Assembly: GCA_951406725.2 (NCBI GenBank)
Contig: OX597828.1
Location: 65,162,001 to 65,226,000 of the forward strand
DNA from: Octopus vulgaris
Lineage: Eukaryota
Direction: 5' to 3'
Length of the DNA: 64,000 nucleotides
The stretch's first letter is position 1. Each line of letters opens with the position of its first letter. The notes below the pieces were generated by a model. It was not told the origin of the DNA. It was given only the letters and a program-made list of their open reading frames with translations, and made no database searches. Positions 12,486 through 26,921 of this stretch are shown piece by piece. The position numbers and the translations under genes were made by a program.

Positions 12486-15400
12486 CGGGTGTATGTACGT
12501 ATGTAAGAATATGTATAAAATAGATTTTAGAGATATTTGGAAATATTCGATAAAAGAAAATTACCTTACACAACCTTATTCTGTTTTATCCCCACATGCA
12601 TATCTTATACGAATACTGAATACAATACAGATTCTTGCACATTGAAGAAATTCTGAGAGCCATATTGAAAATGTACCTGAGGTAAATATTCTCAAAACAT
12701 GAAATTGGGATTGATGAAATGAGAATATATTTTAGTAAAAATACAAAGCAGAGAAAGTAAAAAAATAAACACTATAATGTTGGCAAAGCTATTATCTCCA
12801 TTAAAGTATAAAAAAATATAAATATCTAACAGAAAGAAAAAGTAACCAAAAACAATTGCAGTGGGAACAATGCAGCTGTTCTAATTACATTATCAATATT
12901 TGAAGCACAAATGTTTCAAAAACAAAATTGTTGAAGCTATCATTGGTTCACCCAGTACAAACTTTTAATTCAATATATCTCATTCTGAAGAATAATTACA
13001 CGGAAACAGAAATGATTACATGGACGCTCATTCATTTCATTGTAATCTTTTATTTGTAATTCTCGATAAAAATTTAGTCTTCGTTTTCAAATAATTATTT
13101 TGGTGTGCATTCTGTATCTAAGTAAACTATCTTTATTTGCCTATTTTGTCAACCACGCCATTAATAACACTAACGCTAAACTTGCCAATTTTGTTAAAAT
13201 TGCCAAAACATAGATTTAACGCATTTTGCAACATATCATTTTGTCAATACAATGTCTGAATATTAACTTTAAAAAAATAATTCTATTGTTAGCTAGAAAG
13301 CTATTACTTAGAGTGTTTTGTATGGTGTTTAATATCTAGTATCATGCTACATTGACTCGGTGCTTTGTTACCTAGCTCACCAGAACAATGCGAGTTATTA
13401 ATATGTTTTTAAGAAGGAACGGTGTTCAGAATTTGACTTAATAACTCCGCTCAGATCGCTACAACTAATTCCAGTAGAAAGGACTACTCTACACCTAATA
13501 TTCCCAGCTCTTCAAAACTTTTAAACATTTTATACAATTCTCTTTGAGTTGATATTTACATATGCAGCCAACAATTTGCCACGTGAAAACTTCAGAACTA
13601 ATTTTCAGAAAATCTAATTCCAAGTGGTTGCAACAGAGATGCATTTCATAATGCCATACCAATGATCTCTAGTGCCATACCAAGGGTCTCTCTTCGTCAT
13701 TAGCTTTGTTATGTCCTCAACTTCATGTTGCGTATATCACTTAATAGCATCAAGTTAAGATAAATTGGCTTTGCTGTCTACAAGAATGCAGACGTTTCTA
13801 AAGTATAGCATTTAACAAATGTTGTGTTAAGTAACAGTAATACAGCTGGGGGGGGGGTCCATTAATCTTCTCTTTAGCCTTTTGTTCAGACCATAGTTAT
13901 TTTGTAGCTTCGTGAAAAGCCTTGAAGCTTCTTTTTCATAGAGAAGAATACTCTGAAAAGATATACTGAAGAAGACCGTGTTTGTTAAGTATGAAACGCA
14001 CGATTGCCAAATGTTTTGAAAATTATTACAGGCCCACCAGACTAGTTTCTTACATGTCGGGAAGTCTTTCTTGCTATAAACAACGTAAGATCCAAGATAA
14101 TTGTCCACTAATTGAATAATGAAGAACCAAGAAAGGAGCCAGCGACGCGCGGACAATCATCTGTACTGCCGAAATATTTAAGTTTTCCACGGTTGGATCC
14201 ACTTATATCTATGTAGATTACATAGAATACGTAGACGATATGACTCACTACTCCTAGCTGTTGGTGGAATACCCAGTTGAGGTATTTCATACGTTTGAAC
14301 TATTAGTTTCGTCTGTGAGCAAATGTCCCTTGACAAACCAGCGTCGTATCTAGAGGAGGATATAGCTATAATCAGTCTACAATAACGGAAACCGATTATA
14401 TATATACGCATGTGTGTCTATCTGGCTATGGATCTTCCTGATTCGAAATGAGATCAGATTTTCTTGCTGAAAATTATTTTTTGTAAATAATCGAATAAAT
14501 AAGGATAATCCTTTTGTGAATAACCAAGTAAGTCTCCTATTTATAAAAGAGAGATAATGGTTATCCCTCGTCAGACAAAATACACTGCTTTAAACATTTA
14601 GTAACATTGCCTCTGGTATGGTCAATAGTTCGACAGTAAGCGATGAAAATAACTTTTGTCTCTTGACGTCTATGAATCAAGCTATCGAAGTGAGTTTTAG
14701 ACAGTAATCAAACTTGTTAGAAACAGCGAGCGCATTGTTCTCAAAATAACCTCTTAAAAAAGAAAAGGACGATTCGATAATATAGTTCTAAATGCCCATA
14801 AAACAAAGGAGTTGTTACCACTTCGTATATAGGTTACAAAGTCTTTGGTTATTATCCGGCTCATTCATGGTTGACCTGGGACAAAAGAAAAGCAACAACA
14901 TCTAACTTAGTCAAAAAGAAATAATAATCTTTATAGGGAAGCATTAAATATTTTAGCTTTTTATTTTTGACTGAAATATACCTCATAAACTACACATATT
15001 TTCTGTGATCGCAAAGAAATTCAGATTCAAGATGTTTCTTTGATATCGCAGAAATAAAACTAAGATTTTTATGATTACTGATATAAAGTTTGCCATGTTA
15101 TTTATATAACCAAGCAACACCAGATACGTTCAGCCCTCACATTTTATTTATTCTTTATTCATGTCTAAATTTACTTTATGTATCAGTGTAACACTGTTTA
15201 AATAAACGTAGGCAATAGATTTACTATCCGATGCTAGTTTTTTGTTACGCCAAGAAAAAATAAACTGCAAAATTCGATTGTGAGATAGTTTATGTTAGTA
15301 ATTTGTAACTTCGGTAGAAAGCCAAACATTTTAGGATTAATTCAACTTCAGTACTTGACAGCTGTTCGGTTAAGATAATTATTTTATACTCAGAAATGAA

Positions 15401-16899
15401 CAACACATTCAAATTGGATTTGTGAGGCTCAGAGCTTTTTCAAATATGTTAGTAATATAGTTTAACTGAGAAAGTAACAACAACAAAGAATATTTTATCC
15501 CGATTATTGTTAATCCTATCTATCCCGATAAGATGTTAATCCTAGTCTACGATGTAACTCGTTTATTCTGCCGAAAAAATAAATAATATTGATCCAAGTT
15601 TCCTACTGGGCAATAATTACTTCTTGACAATAACGCATGCTACCAACTGAAAATTATTTCTATAGTATATCATATGAATATGTTAGGTCTAAGTCCTTTG
15701 AAGTTTAGCCTGCTGCAGCGTGAATAGAGCTACTAACAAATGCGATGTAAAACGTCTAAAACCACGTACATATTTTACTAGTATATGTACCACGTTGAAT
15801 AAAGCTTGTAAATGTTTATAGAATTATTAAATGATATATTGTAACTTGACCAGCGTTCTTATTTTTAGGATAAGAGGATAATGGATGTTGCAACATTAAG
15901 AATTTGCCTGTGGAAATTACATACGTATGAGAAGTCAACTTCCTACAACTGTATTGCACTGACGGTTTGGCGAAATATTTATGCATCATCCGCTTTTAGA
16001 AATTCTAACTTCCAATCAGTAACAATAAATGAAGACAACAGTAACACTAATACTATATCAACTACAAATGCCATGTCACTCAAATATATGTCAATAAACG
16101 ACAAAAATATTATAAATTCGTCCTTGCAGAACAAGTCATTACTGCACTAGTCAAGGAAATATGGCTACTACATCAGGACACAGGTATATGACCAAAGTTA
16201 CATAGTAAAACATCTACTAAATTGCAGCGTTCACTACTGGCTTGTTATCTAAATGTAAGAATACAGTAGGAACTAAATATTTCCAGAAACCTTACAGAGC
16301 TGAGTAGAAGTCAGTCTAGAATATGGAAATAAGAATCCAGTCAATGAGAATCCAGTTATGTTGGTAAACATTGAACCACTTTCTCTTCAAATATTCATGG
16401 AAAAGTAGGATGCAATTGAACGCGGGAGAAGTTGTATTAATAGGGAAACCTCGAGACAAAACCTGAGTAGTAGTAGTAGTAGTAGTAGTAGCAGCAGCAG
16501 TAGTCCATCCAACGATAACAACAAGAATAATAACAGTAAATCAAACGAATATATGCATCATTCTAGTGTGCATTTCGGTTGGTCGATTCCTCGTTCTCAA
16601 AGCTGAAGGCCTGGAGCCTCAGACACAACTGTAAAGTCCTCCAGTGTGCTCGGCTCTCAGTCCTAGGTGTCATTCTTTTTTATTATCTTTGTTTCTCACG
16701 AGCCCATTTTTAACACCCAACTTCCGGAGATGTGAGTACAGAGGTTCTGAGCCCTAAGAACGAGGCCAAAATATTGCAGCTATCGGCGTCACCAACTTTG
16801 TTCTCACCTCCTCCAGAATTAAATCGTTCGTTCGGTGGACTACCCGACGGCTGCAAAGCGCTAGCTTATAACATATCGTCAACAATGATTTCAGTCAAC

Positions 16900-17430
16900 T
16901 GATATCATCAACTCTTGGATCCCTTATTTCATACCCTTTCAAAGCTACTGGTCAAAGAAGTTTCAATCTGATACTTTCACTGAGGATACAATCACCCCAT
17001 AAACAGTTTCTTGTTTGGGCCCTAATGGAGTTCAGGTACTTGGTGTCGTATGGTAAGCTGATCTAGTTCCATGCTGGTTGCTAAGATCTAGGTCGTTTTG
17101 TTGCTGATATCTAGGTAAAACTCACATAAGTCGCAACTAACTTTATCACTGGAGCTTAGCAGATAGATAACGATCGGCATATGTCATCAGCATAACAACG
17201 GTTATTTAGTCATGGCCGTTAAAGCACGCATACATCTAGCCAAACTTATCCACTGACCTCCGCATTACCCCTTCAGAGTAGAGTTTGAAGCAATACTATT
17301 TTGCTGTATTCTTCTCCTGATTCTAAACTTATCCAAAAGCCCGTGTTCACTCTAACAGTCGCCTGCTGAAAGTGTATAGTCTCTACCCTAAAACTGTTGA
17401 GCCCTTTCAACATCTTCTACAATGCAGAAT
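16900..17430 (-). mobile_element. Decayed RTE-clade LINE reverse transcriptase
   Basis: Across frameshifts: LYT.QQATVR.EHGLLDKFRIRRRIQQNSI..NLYSEGVMR..NNRCYADDI..KYLNSI; YADD at about 17183-17194. Confidence 0.75.
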
Positions 17431-17534
17431 GCCCACTTGGTATAAACCTGAAAGTAAATCACAAGTAAAGCGAGATAAACTCGAAAAACCAATGAACAGA
17501 CGTACAACAGCTAGGCATTATACTTTGAAGGATA

Positions 17535-17580
17535 GAAAAAGACGTCGATGTTTCGGGCAGTTGACCCTTTGTCAACAAAT
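17535..17580 (-). ncRNA. Degenerate PLE-type minimal hammerhead motif
   Basis: TTGACAA-AGGG-TCAACTG-CCC-GAAACATCG; core mutated relative to CTGACGA..GAAACGTC. Confidence 0.35.
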
Positions 17581-18056
17581 ACAAGACGAAAAGGGGGGAA
17601 ATTATATATAAATAAAACAAACGTATGTTCATAAGAGACTAGCATGGGTACCACAGGTGGGAAGGAAGTGTGTTGGGACAACACGCCCAGTAAGTGGCTA
17701 AAGTTGAAACTTCTTTACAAATAAAATGTAGAGGAGGCTATATTGTAGCTCAGTTGGTATGTGTACCAGAAAAAAAATATTTGGATCTTCATATGTGAAT
17801 GTGACTATGAGAACGCGCGCGTGCGCACGCATATTTCAGTAATTGAGAGGTTGTGTGAGAATGAGTGCACGAGTTTGGCAGTGAAGGGTTCGTACTAGAG
17901 TGATGGATGGTAAGAAGATAATGAATTAAACTGCTAATGGCACAATGCATAATCTCATGTGAATGTGATAATGGCGAAATAGAATGATAGACAATTCATG
18001 AAAAGAAATTGCGTAACGGAATAGAGAATGTAGCTGATGCTGGTGCAAGATTCCAT

Positions 18057-18344
18057 GTGGAGGCTCATGGCCTAGTGGTTAGAACAGCGGACTCGCGGTC
18101 GAGGGATCGCGGGTTCGAATCTCAGACCAGGCGATGTGTGTGCTTATGAGCGAAACACCTAAGCTTCACGCAGTAATGGCGAGCCTCTGCTGACTCTTTC
18201 ACCACAACTTTCTATCACTCTTTCCTCCTGCATCTTACAGCTCACCTGCGATGGACTGGTGTCCCGTTCAGGTGGGGAACCTATACGCCAAAGAAACCGG
18301 GAAACCGGCCCTTATGAGCTAGGCATGGCTCGAGAAGGAACAAA
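18057..18344 (+). mobile_element. SINE family B copy
   Basis: Homologous to 3756-4050; 11-bp TSD CAAGATTCCAT at 18046-18056 and 18345-18355. Confidence 0.92.
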
Positions 18345-18529
18345 CAAGATTCCATTGTTGACATTTAGCTACAGACGGCCCTGATCAAGAAGCCCTGCGA
18401 TTAATGAAATAAAAAATGATGACACAAAACATCATGAGAGGATGTTTATAAATGTGAGGTGCCGTAGAATAAAGCTAGTCAGTTATTGGTACCTTTAAGA
18501 GAGGGCTATCTACTTTGATTTTGCTCGCA

Positions 18530-19080
18530 TTTTGAATTTTAGAGGTGGCTTGATGTTCCAAAACGCCAGATGCTTCGACTGTTATAGGTTCGAAAAGAAA
18601 CCTATCGGAGAATAGATACTGTTTTGCCAACTTGCGATTTCCTGCCGTCGGACGATGAAACGTAATGCTGATGACCACTCCACCAGATTGCATTATCTAG
18701 GATGAAAGATGTCTCCAAAATGTTAGATTTGCCGCCTCAGAACAAGAAAAGCTGTGATGCTATTTGATCTTTTGCGTCCACACAGTCTAGCCTCGTCGAC
18801 TCCAGTTACTACTAAAAACCAGCGGCGTCCAAATTACGTGAGACGACGATATCATTGTTGGTGCTATACCAAGGGAACAGCCAGCGCTGAGGTTGAAATT
18901 GTAAAAGTTTAATGCAGACCTGCAACTATATGGTATCGTTCGCTGATCCGAAGTCCAAGTCCAACTGATGAACTGATACGGAGATAGTCGTTTTCCAGTT
19001 GAGTAACAAAATATTCTTGAGAGTATAGCGTGATCCATGTCTCTTGTAGAGCTGGGAGGCAGGGCTAAAGCACGGCCTCA
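18530..19080 (-). mobile_element. Decayed CRE-clade LINE, restriction-like endonuclease region
   Basis: LENDYLRI..GLGLRISE..GLH..NNDIVVSRNLDAAGF***LESTRLDCVDAKRSNSITAF..RKLAKQYLFSDRFLFEPITVEASGV. Confidence 0.8.
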
Positions 19081-21830
19081 AATGAGACGGGATAAATGTC
19101 GAAAGATACCTTGGTAAATAATGACTAAAGAATTAAGAAACTTTCAAATATGGAAATGATGGTACTTCTTCAATACATACACATTTAAACCAACAGGAGA
19201 GCCCTTATGTTACCGTTCGATCTGCTAGTAAATAGCAGCCAAATTTCTATCATATAGCACCTGATCGCCTTTAAAAGTACAATTGGATATTACAATTGGA
19301 GCTGCCCTATGCCTGAAGAGAAACGAGGGTGTTTTGAGCTTGGAGTTGTTCGGCTCGGACTGGGGTAGACGCATAAATATACTTTCTTAATATAAAACTT
19401 CCATGAATATAAGAACAAGTATAAGTATGCTCTTTCCTTGCCGCATAATTGGCTCAAACACTATGTTCGGTTCCTAGTAATGATCTGACAAGGAACGACA
19501 TAAATCGCGTGATGAAATTGAAATACAAATTATTTATAATCAAAATTTTGAATAACTACTTTTTAATGTAATCTGGTTTAAGTATAACACCGCTTTTTCT
19601 TTTGGATAGTTATTTAGCTACCATATCAGCTATTTTTTTAGCAGACGAAGAACTTCATTCGAAGAGAATTGGCATCCGATCTGATTTATAGAGAATTCAA
19701 AGTTTAGCTATAAAAAACATCAATGATAATCAAATAAGTCCACTACTCTTAAAATCTGAAATACTAGCAGCAAATGAACGAAAAATTCTTTCTTGTTAAA
19801 TCAGCTCACTCCAGTAAAGATAGGATGGAGAGTGAAACTTGCGTAATAAATTATATTCTGTAAAAGGATTCCCAACGGGCTTAACACTCTAATTGAGACT
19901 CACTAAAATATCATCACTTGCAGACTATTTTTTTTTACTATCGACTAACAACAAATCAAATTCATATGTCTCCGTAGTCGTAGAAATTCTTTTGTTTACT
20001 TTTAGTCCTCCTACAGCGTTTATAACACCAGCCGTTACTACTATATAATATTCAATAGTCATGAGTTAGCCGCTTGCTCTAAAAACCAGGTTTCTGTAAA
20101 TTTATATAAAGAAAAACAAAACTCTTCCTGATCTTCGAAATATTCACCAATATTCTGTATTCAAGTCAGCATAATAAATCACTGCTACTTGGTCGCTATT
20201 AATTTGTCATCAAATATTTCTCAGTAATTCACTGCACAGCTATGCCTATTACGACAATCTCGGCATACAGCCATTTTAGTTTCATAGTTTAGTTGCTAGG
20301 AGTTTACGTTTCTATGTTGCAGAAACTATGTTCTACTGATAAAAAAAAAAATATTATTTTTAGATATTATGTCATCTGCATTATGGTAATATTCACATGA
20401 CTTCGTTTCTCTTTTAATAAATACATCTTAGATAGTTGTATATCTATAGCTTAGAGAAATTTTACAGTTTATTGAGATAATATCCTGAAACACGGATTCT
20501 CATAAATATTGTGTAGCTTCGCAGCCTTGAAGAAAGCTTGTTCGTTGTTTATGTGTTCGTTATTATTTGGTATTCTCGTAATAATAGATCAGAAATACTT
20601 CAACCTGAATACATATATTTGGAGTTTAAGCAACGAGAAGAGGCAACAATAAAACGAAATATTAGCGGCATCTCTTAAATTAGTGAAATATACAATAAAA
20701 TGTAAATGTTTACGATTATTTCCTTTCGACGGTAACTCTTTATCCGGTCGTGGAGTTGAGTATGCTTCTGGGGGTGTAAGTGCGTGTGTCTTTGTGTGTT
20801 TGAATTGTTTACGAGTTGGGGGGAACGGCTGTGTGTGTGTGTCTGTGTGTCTGTGTGTGTTCGCGTATTTGTGTTTCCACGCGCGCTGCGCTTGTAACTT
20901 TTCTTGTATGCGCGTGTAATGATTGCATTTCTATTTTCTGATGTATACACACACACACACACACATAAATGTACACATACCCATACATATACATATAGCT
21001 ATATAGATATATAAGGTATACACTTAGGGATACAGAGACATCCAGATAGAAAGAAATCAGTGGAAATATACGGTTAAGACAATAAACCAGAGGTTATCGT
21101 GGTTTCAATGATATTCTATACTTTATTAGAGCTCACCGATTGAGAATTCATAGTAATTTGTAAAAAACCTTTATTATTGTAGTCCAAGTATTTTACTATA
21201 AATTCAAAATGTGATGTACTTGCCTACTATTACATCTCAAGTACTACTAACCAGATGCTCTAAACTTGCTAAACGAGGAAATGAAACGATCTTCACGTAT
21301 ATATATCTATTTTTCAGGTATATATCTATTTTTCAGGTATATATCTAATCAGATACATTACGAAGGCCATTCTGCTATCATCAATTTGCAAATGAAATTA
21401 ATCTGGATGTGTATCCATTTACGTTAACTTAGTGTAGAGGTGTAGAGAGGATTTTTTATATTGTAACTCACCAAAACCAGATTCCCATGAACCTGAGTAA
21501 ATATCACATATGAAGAAGAAAGATATCTTATCGCTAATTTAATATTATACATTAGCGAGAAACACTGCCAAAATGTTATCTAAAGAAAAAGGGGGGAAAA
21601 CACATGAAATGCAATTCTGAATATAACGATATCGTGAAGAACAATGAAGATTTTTTTCCTGATCAAAGAAAGACGTTAACATAAAATTGATATTTACTTC
21701 ATTCAATACGGGCACAGTTGCATTGTATTCTTCAGATATAAATTAACACACACACACACACACACATATATAAATGCATGTATGTATGCATATGAGACGT
21801 TACACACATACGCATGCGCGCACCTGCACT

Positions 21831-21864
<34 letters not shown>

Positions 21865-22189
21865 GATAAAAATACGATAATGGTTCTTATCAAATAGTCA
21901 ACATAATATAAAAAATTTATAGACAATACATTAAATTAATAATAATGTACATAAGTATATAATTATATCAAGGGTGACAGGGCAAAAACGACCTGTCTCC
22001 AGCATTGTGGAGTCAACTGCACTAATGTATGATGGCGGCCGTTGTGCTGCGGTCAGTGGTGTTAAAGTTATTTGCGATGGCGGTGATGGTGCAATGTCAT
22101 GTTGGTAGCGATTTTGGAGGTGTTGTTATAAGTAGTTAGAGAGACGATAACATGTAAGTGAAATTGGTCAGGTTTGATATATTAACCTG

Positions 22190-22480
22190 ACCTCCATCCG
22201 GAAAATATTACCCCATGCATTGTTATACGAAGATTACAACTTCAGTACTTCGTGCTTATAGAATCGCCTCCCTGGCAATATGTGCAGTGACGATTCTTCA
22301 GATTTTATTCTTGATAAACTTAAGCGAAACTTTCTAGAAACGTAAGAAGTCGGTGTAAAATCTTTGGACGAAGAGGCACTGCAAAAATGAAAGCGTCAAA
22401 GACTTGCAGCATTTGAAGTTATGAAGAAGTGTGTGGCAAAATTGAGGAAAAGATAGTGACTTTGGAGGCTAATTGAAATC
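22190..22480 (+). mobile_element. Possible decayed mariner transposase 3' end
   Basis: Weak resemblance to HPPYSPDLAPSDFHLF..LK and ..KKCVAK. Confidence 0.3.
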
Positions 22481-22524
22481 TATTTGCAAGTTTGATTTTC
22501 TTTAGAAAGAGGCAAAACATTGAT

Positions 22525-23035
22525 TTTAAATTTTGGCACCAGGCCAGCAAGTTTAAGGGAAGTGGGTAAATCCATGACATCGACTCCAGTGTTCAGCTGG
22601 AACTTATTTTATCGACCTCGAAAGGATGAAAGGGAAAGTCAACCTCGGCGGAGTTTGAACTAAGAACGTAGCGGCAGATGAAATACCGGTAAGCATTTCG
22701 CCCGGCTTGCTAACGTTTCTGCCAGCTCGCCGCTATTAGGATGAAAGGCAAAGACGATCTCGGTAGAATTTGAACTCAGAACGTAACGGCAGAGGAAATA
22801 CCTATTTCTTTACTACCCACAAGGGGCTTAACACAGAGAGGACAAACAAGGACAGACAAACGGATTAAGTCGATTATATCGACCCCAGTACGCAACTGGT
22901 ACTTATTTAATCGACCCCGAAAGGATGAAAGGCAAAGACGACCTTGGCGGAATTTGAACTCACAACGTAACGGCAGACGAAATACGGCTACGCATTTCGC
23001 TCGGCGTGCTAACGATTCTGCCAGCTCGCCGCCTT
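22525..23035 (-). mobile_element. Cluster of three SINE family A units
   Basis: Full long-tail copy (22800-23035), partial copy (22737-22802), short-tail copy (22525-22733). Confidence 0.9.
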
Positions 23036-23827
23036 GAGATCTCAGTTTAAGATCCTTTAAGTGATTATATGCACACATTTGGTTTGTGTGTATCTACAAG
23101 GACATACATGTAAAAATAATGATGCACTTACAGACATATACATGCATTAACACCTAAGCGTTAAAGAGATGTGTTCACACGAAACATAAGTGCTGGTCCA
23201 TACACCTACATATATGCACACACTAATTCAATCAATTATTTGCAATCCTCAGGTATTGTCTTAACTCAGTAAGTTTTGTCAATTTGTTAGTGACAAACTA
23301 GAAATCCATTAACGAGAGCTTACATAAATATAAAAGAAAAACAAACATATTACTCGTATATAGATTTCCAACACTTTCAGCAATGATTGCCAAGTTACTT
23401 TTTCAACTGTATCACATGCTCAATGAATTAGCAAGCAAGATGCTGAGTATTCCGCGTATGTGTGTACACTTAATGTAATCATCATGCAAAATCAACTTGA
23501 CACGCTGACAAAGATGGATCTCTGAATAACGGTAAAAGTCATCGAATGAGCTCTCTCTCTTTCTCTCTTTCTCTTTCTCTCTCTCCCTTGCTGTCCTCTC
23601 TCACACAATCACACACATACACACACGCCTACACACAATCATGTACGAAATTCGGTTATCTAAAGCCTGCAAGAGATGGGCTTCTGTCAGAGGCCTGCGA
23701 AACCAAATCAAACTGTTTTAAATAATATATGTAACTACTACTACACGTGCTGAATCACTTTTCTCTCGCTTATCCACACACACACACACACACACGCACA
23801 CACATACACACACACATATATATATAC

Positions 23828-23872
<45 letters not shown>

Positions 23873-24394
23873 ATATCAATATATGCGTTCGTTCATTTTA
23901 CAATGTATGTATACGTTAGAATATACTGATAGGGCATTGCTATACAGCTGGATTCCTTTTCTGTCGATAACCCTTACTTTTCAAGCATGGAATCTATTAT
24001 TAGAAGCCTTGCCAAGGTTAACGTTGTGTTACATCATTCTTTCGAGACCCATTAAACAAACAAATATTCTAGATGCTATCGTCAACCCTACTTGTCATAG
24101 TTCCTCCCCGTGTGCCTAAATTAAAACTTCAAACCCTCTACCTATAACAGGAAGAATTATTACTTAACATAACATAGTACTGAATATCATTAAGTGTCAA
24201 AATTTTCTGTAGTTTGTCTTCAGTATGATCACTAATATGGTAGATCAATGTATTTGATAAAATATAAACCTTTCAGAATCGATTCAGTTAGTACTAGTTA
24301 AGCACTGTTATCAGTGTAATTGCCTAGCCCTACCGCAATATTCACGGTCAATGATAGAACGAGTTATTACTTCAGAAAACATAGTATTGTATAT

Positions 24395-24745
24395 TCTTTT
24401 CTACTCAAGGCACAAGGCCCGAAGTTTTTAGGAACGGGGCCAGTCGATTAGACAGACTCCAGTACGCAAATGGTACTTAATTTATCGACCCCGAAAGGAT
24501 GAAAGGCAATGTCGACCTCGGCGGAATTTGAACTCAGAACGTAAAGACAGACGAAATACCTATTTCTTTACTACCCACAAGGGGCTAAACACAGAAGGGA
24601 CAAACAAGAACATACAAACGGATTAAGTCGATTATATCGATCCCAGTGCGTAACTGGTACTTATTTAATCGACCCCGAAAGGATGAAAGGCAAAGTTGAC
24701 CCGGCGGAATTTGAACTCAGAACGTAGTAGCAGACGAAATAACGC
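24395..24745 (-). mobile_element. Tandem SINE family A units (long-tail joined to short-tail)
   Basis: Junction GACGAAATAC-CTATTTCTTTACTACCCAC at about 24550-24580. Confidence 0.9.
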
Positions 24746-24821
24746 TATTGGGGGGGGGGGGCAAACAGACACACACACACACATATATATAAGCTACTTA
24801 CTACACAGCCTATTATTTTTG

Positions 24822-24867
24822 TTATCATCATCATCATTATCATTATTATTTTCAATATTATTACTAT

Positions 24868-24922
<55 letters not shown>

Positions 24923-24950
24923 ACTACTGCTACTACTACAACTGCAACTG

Positions 24951-25045
<95 letters not shown>

Positions 25046-25073
25046 ACTACTGCTACTACTACAACTGCAACTG

Positions 25074-25132
<59 letters not shown>

Positions 25133-25183
25133 ACTACTACTACTACTACTTCTACTACTACTACTGCTACTATCTACTATTAT
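24822..25183. repeat. (CTA)n/(CTG)n trinucleotide array with higher-order duplication
   Basis: Interrupting block CTACAACTGCAACTG occurs twice about 123 bp apart. Confidence 0.95.
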
Positions 25184-25187
25184 CAGG

Positions 25188-25620
25188 TGAAGAGTTGGCA
25201 GAATCCTTTCTCCGCTGCACAAAATGCTTCACAGCATTTCTTCCGGCTTTACATTCTGAGTTCAAATTCCGCCGGGGTCGACTTCGCCTTTCATCCTTTT
25301 AAGGTAGATAAAATAAGTAGCAGTCAAGCACTGGCGTCGTCGTAATAAACTAGCCCACTCCTTCCAAAATGTTCGAGCCTTGTGCTTATAGTAGAACGAA
25401 TTATAAACGATTTGTATTAGCAGGATCGTAAGAGTGTTAGATAAAGGCCTTCCGGCAAATTTTTACCGGAAATTTGCACTATAATTTCAAATCCTGTTGA
25501 TATCAACTACGCTTTTCATCGTTCTGGGGCCCATAAAATTTTAATTGCCTCTCGAGGATCGGTGTTGATTTAACCGACTAACTGCTCTACCACAATTTAA
25601 GGTCATGTACCTTTGTTCAA
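25188..25620 (+). mobile_element. Two diverged SINE family A copies
   Basis: Core GTTCAAATTCCGCCGGGGTCGACTTCGCCTTTCATCC; a second older core near 25485-25540. Confidence 0.75.
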
Positions 25621-26211
25621 AAGGACAACTACTACTACTACTACTAACACTACGCCTGTATTAGTTATGCTTGTTGAAAATTAGACATAATTCATTTTAT
25701 GACGTTGAACGTAATCAGGTTCCAGGAGCCACTTGTATGAAGTTTTGCCTGTTTATTTAAATTGATATTTCAATATTCTTGCTGTTATCATTTATTTACT
25801 GTAGTCTGCTGTTTACTATGATATAGTAATCTAATTTTCACTTTAATTCCATCGTCAAATTACAACATACATCCATCTTATCATTTCCTTACAGTCGAGA
25901 GATTTCCGTCCAAGCACTTTGCAATACACTTTGCTCAGCATGAATTTAAATTGTTCCCAGACTGCCTTCATCAAAACATTCCTACGGTGTGGCAGCTCTT
26001 CCTAGCAATGCTGCCTCGTTCTCATTTCTCTCTTCCGCTTTTGCCATTCATCTGTACTGTATATTATATATTTTTTCCATCAGCCACTCTCTGTGTATTT
26101 AGCTCTCTCTCTTTCTCTTTCTCTCTATCTCTCTTTCTCTCCTTCCCCCTTTCACTTAACCCTCTTTACTTTCACTCTTTTCTCTTTCTCATATATATAC
26201 ATATAGACCGG

Positions 26212-26282
<71 letters not shown>

Positions 26283-26610
26283 CTTTCTTTACTGGTCACA
26301 CAAGGCTGGACACAGAGGGGACAAATACAAATGTAGAGCTTTTCTTTTCGAAGATGGAAAAGGAAAAAGACAAAAAAAGGAAGCAAATGTAAAATTTCGT
26401 TCAAAAGGGATCGAAAAAATTTTTTTTAAAAAGCGATCAAAAGGGATCGAAAATAAAAAAGCGATCAAAAGGGATCGGGTATCACAGAAAGAAAAAAAAT
26501 GTTCTTTTCCAAGTAACAAACAAGATTAAGTTCATCTGTTGAAAGAAAAGCCTATAGAAAAGACCACGGTAACCACAGGCAAGGAGGAAATAAACACATG
26601 AGAGCAAAGT

Positions 26611-26654
<44 letters not shown>

Positions 26655-26676
26655 GAGAGAGAGCACTTTGCTCTCA
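26283..26676 (-). mobile_element. Non-coding retroposon embedded in (GATA)n, copy 1
   Basis: About 330 bp homologous to 36749-37050; 3' end TGTCCAGCCTTGTGTGACCAGTAAAGAAAG; (GATA)n on both sides. Confidence 0.8.

Positions 26677-26921
<245 letters not shown>

Noticed and set aside
13827-14411. Helitron helicase or GIY-YIG remnant
   Set aside because: Only isolated 4-residue resemblances (YPVE, YGLN) on opposite strands.
14548-14580. Minus-strand CTGACGA with 7-bp stem II (similar half-motif near 45690-45715)
   Set aside because: No GAAA or cleavage site follows; at most a truncated remnant.
24696-25222. Poly-Leu and poly-Ser ORFs
   Set aside because: Simple read-through of a CTA/CTG array.
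25865-25972. Possible first coding exon MKAVWEQFKFMLSKVYCKVLGRK on the minus strand
   Set aside because: Short, no recognisable homology, ambiguous donor.
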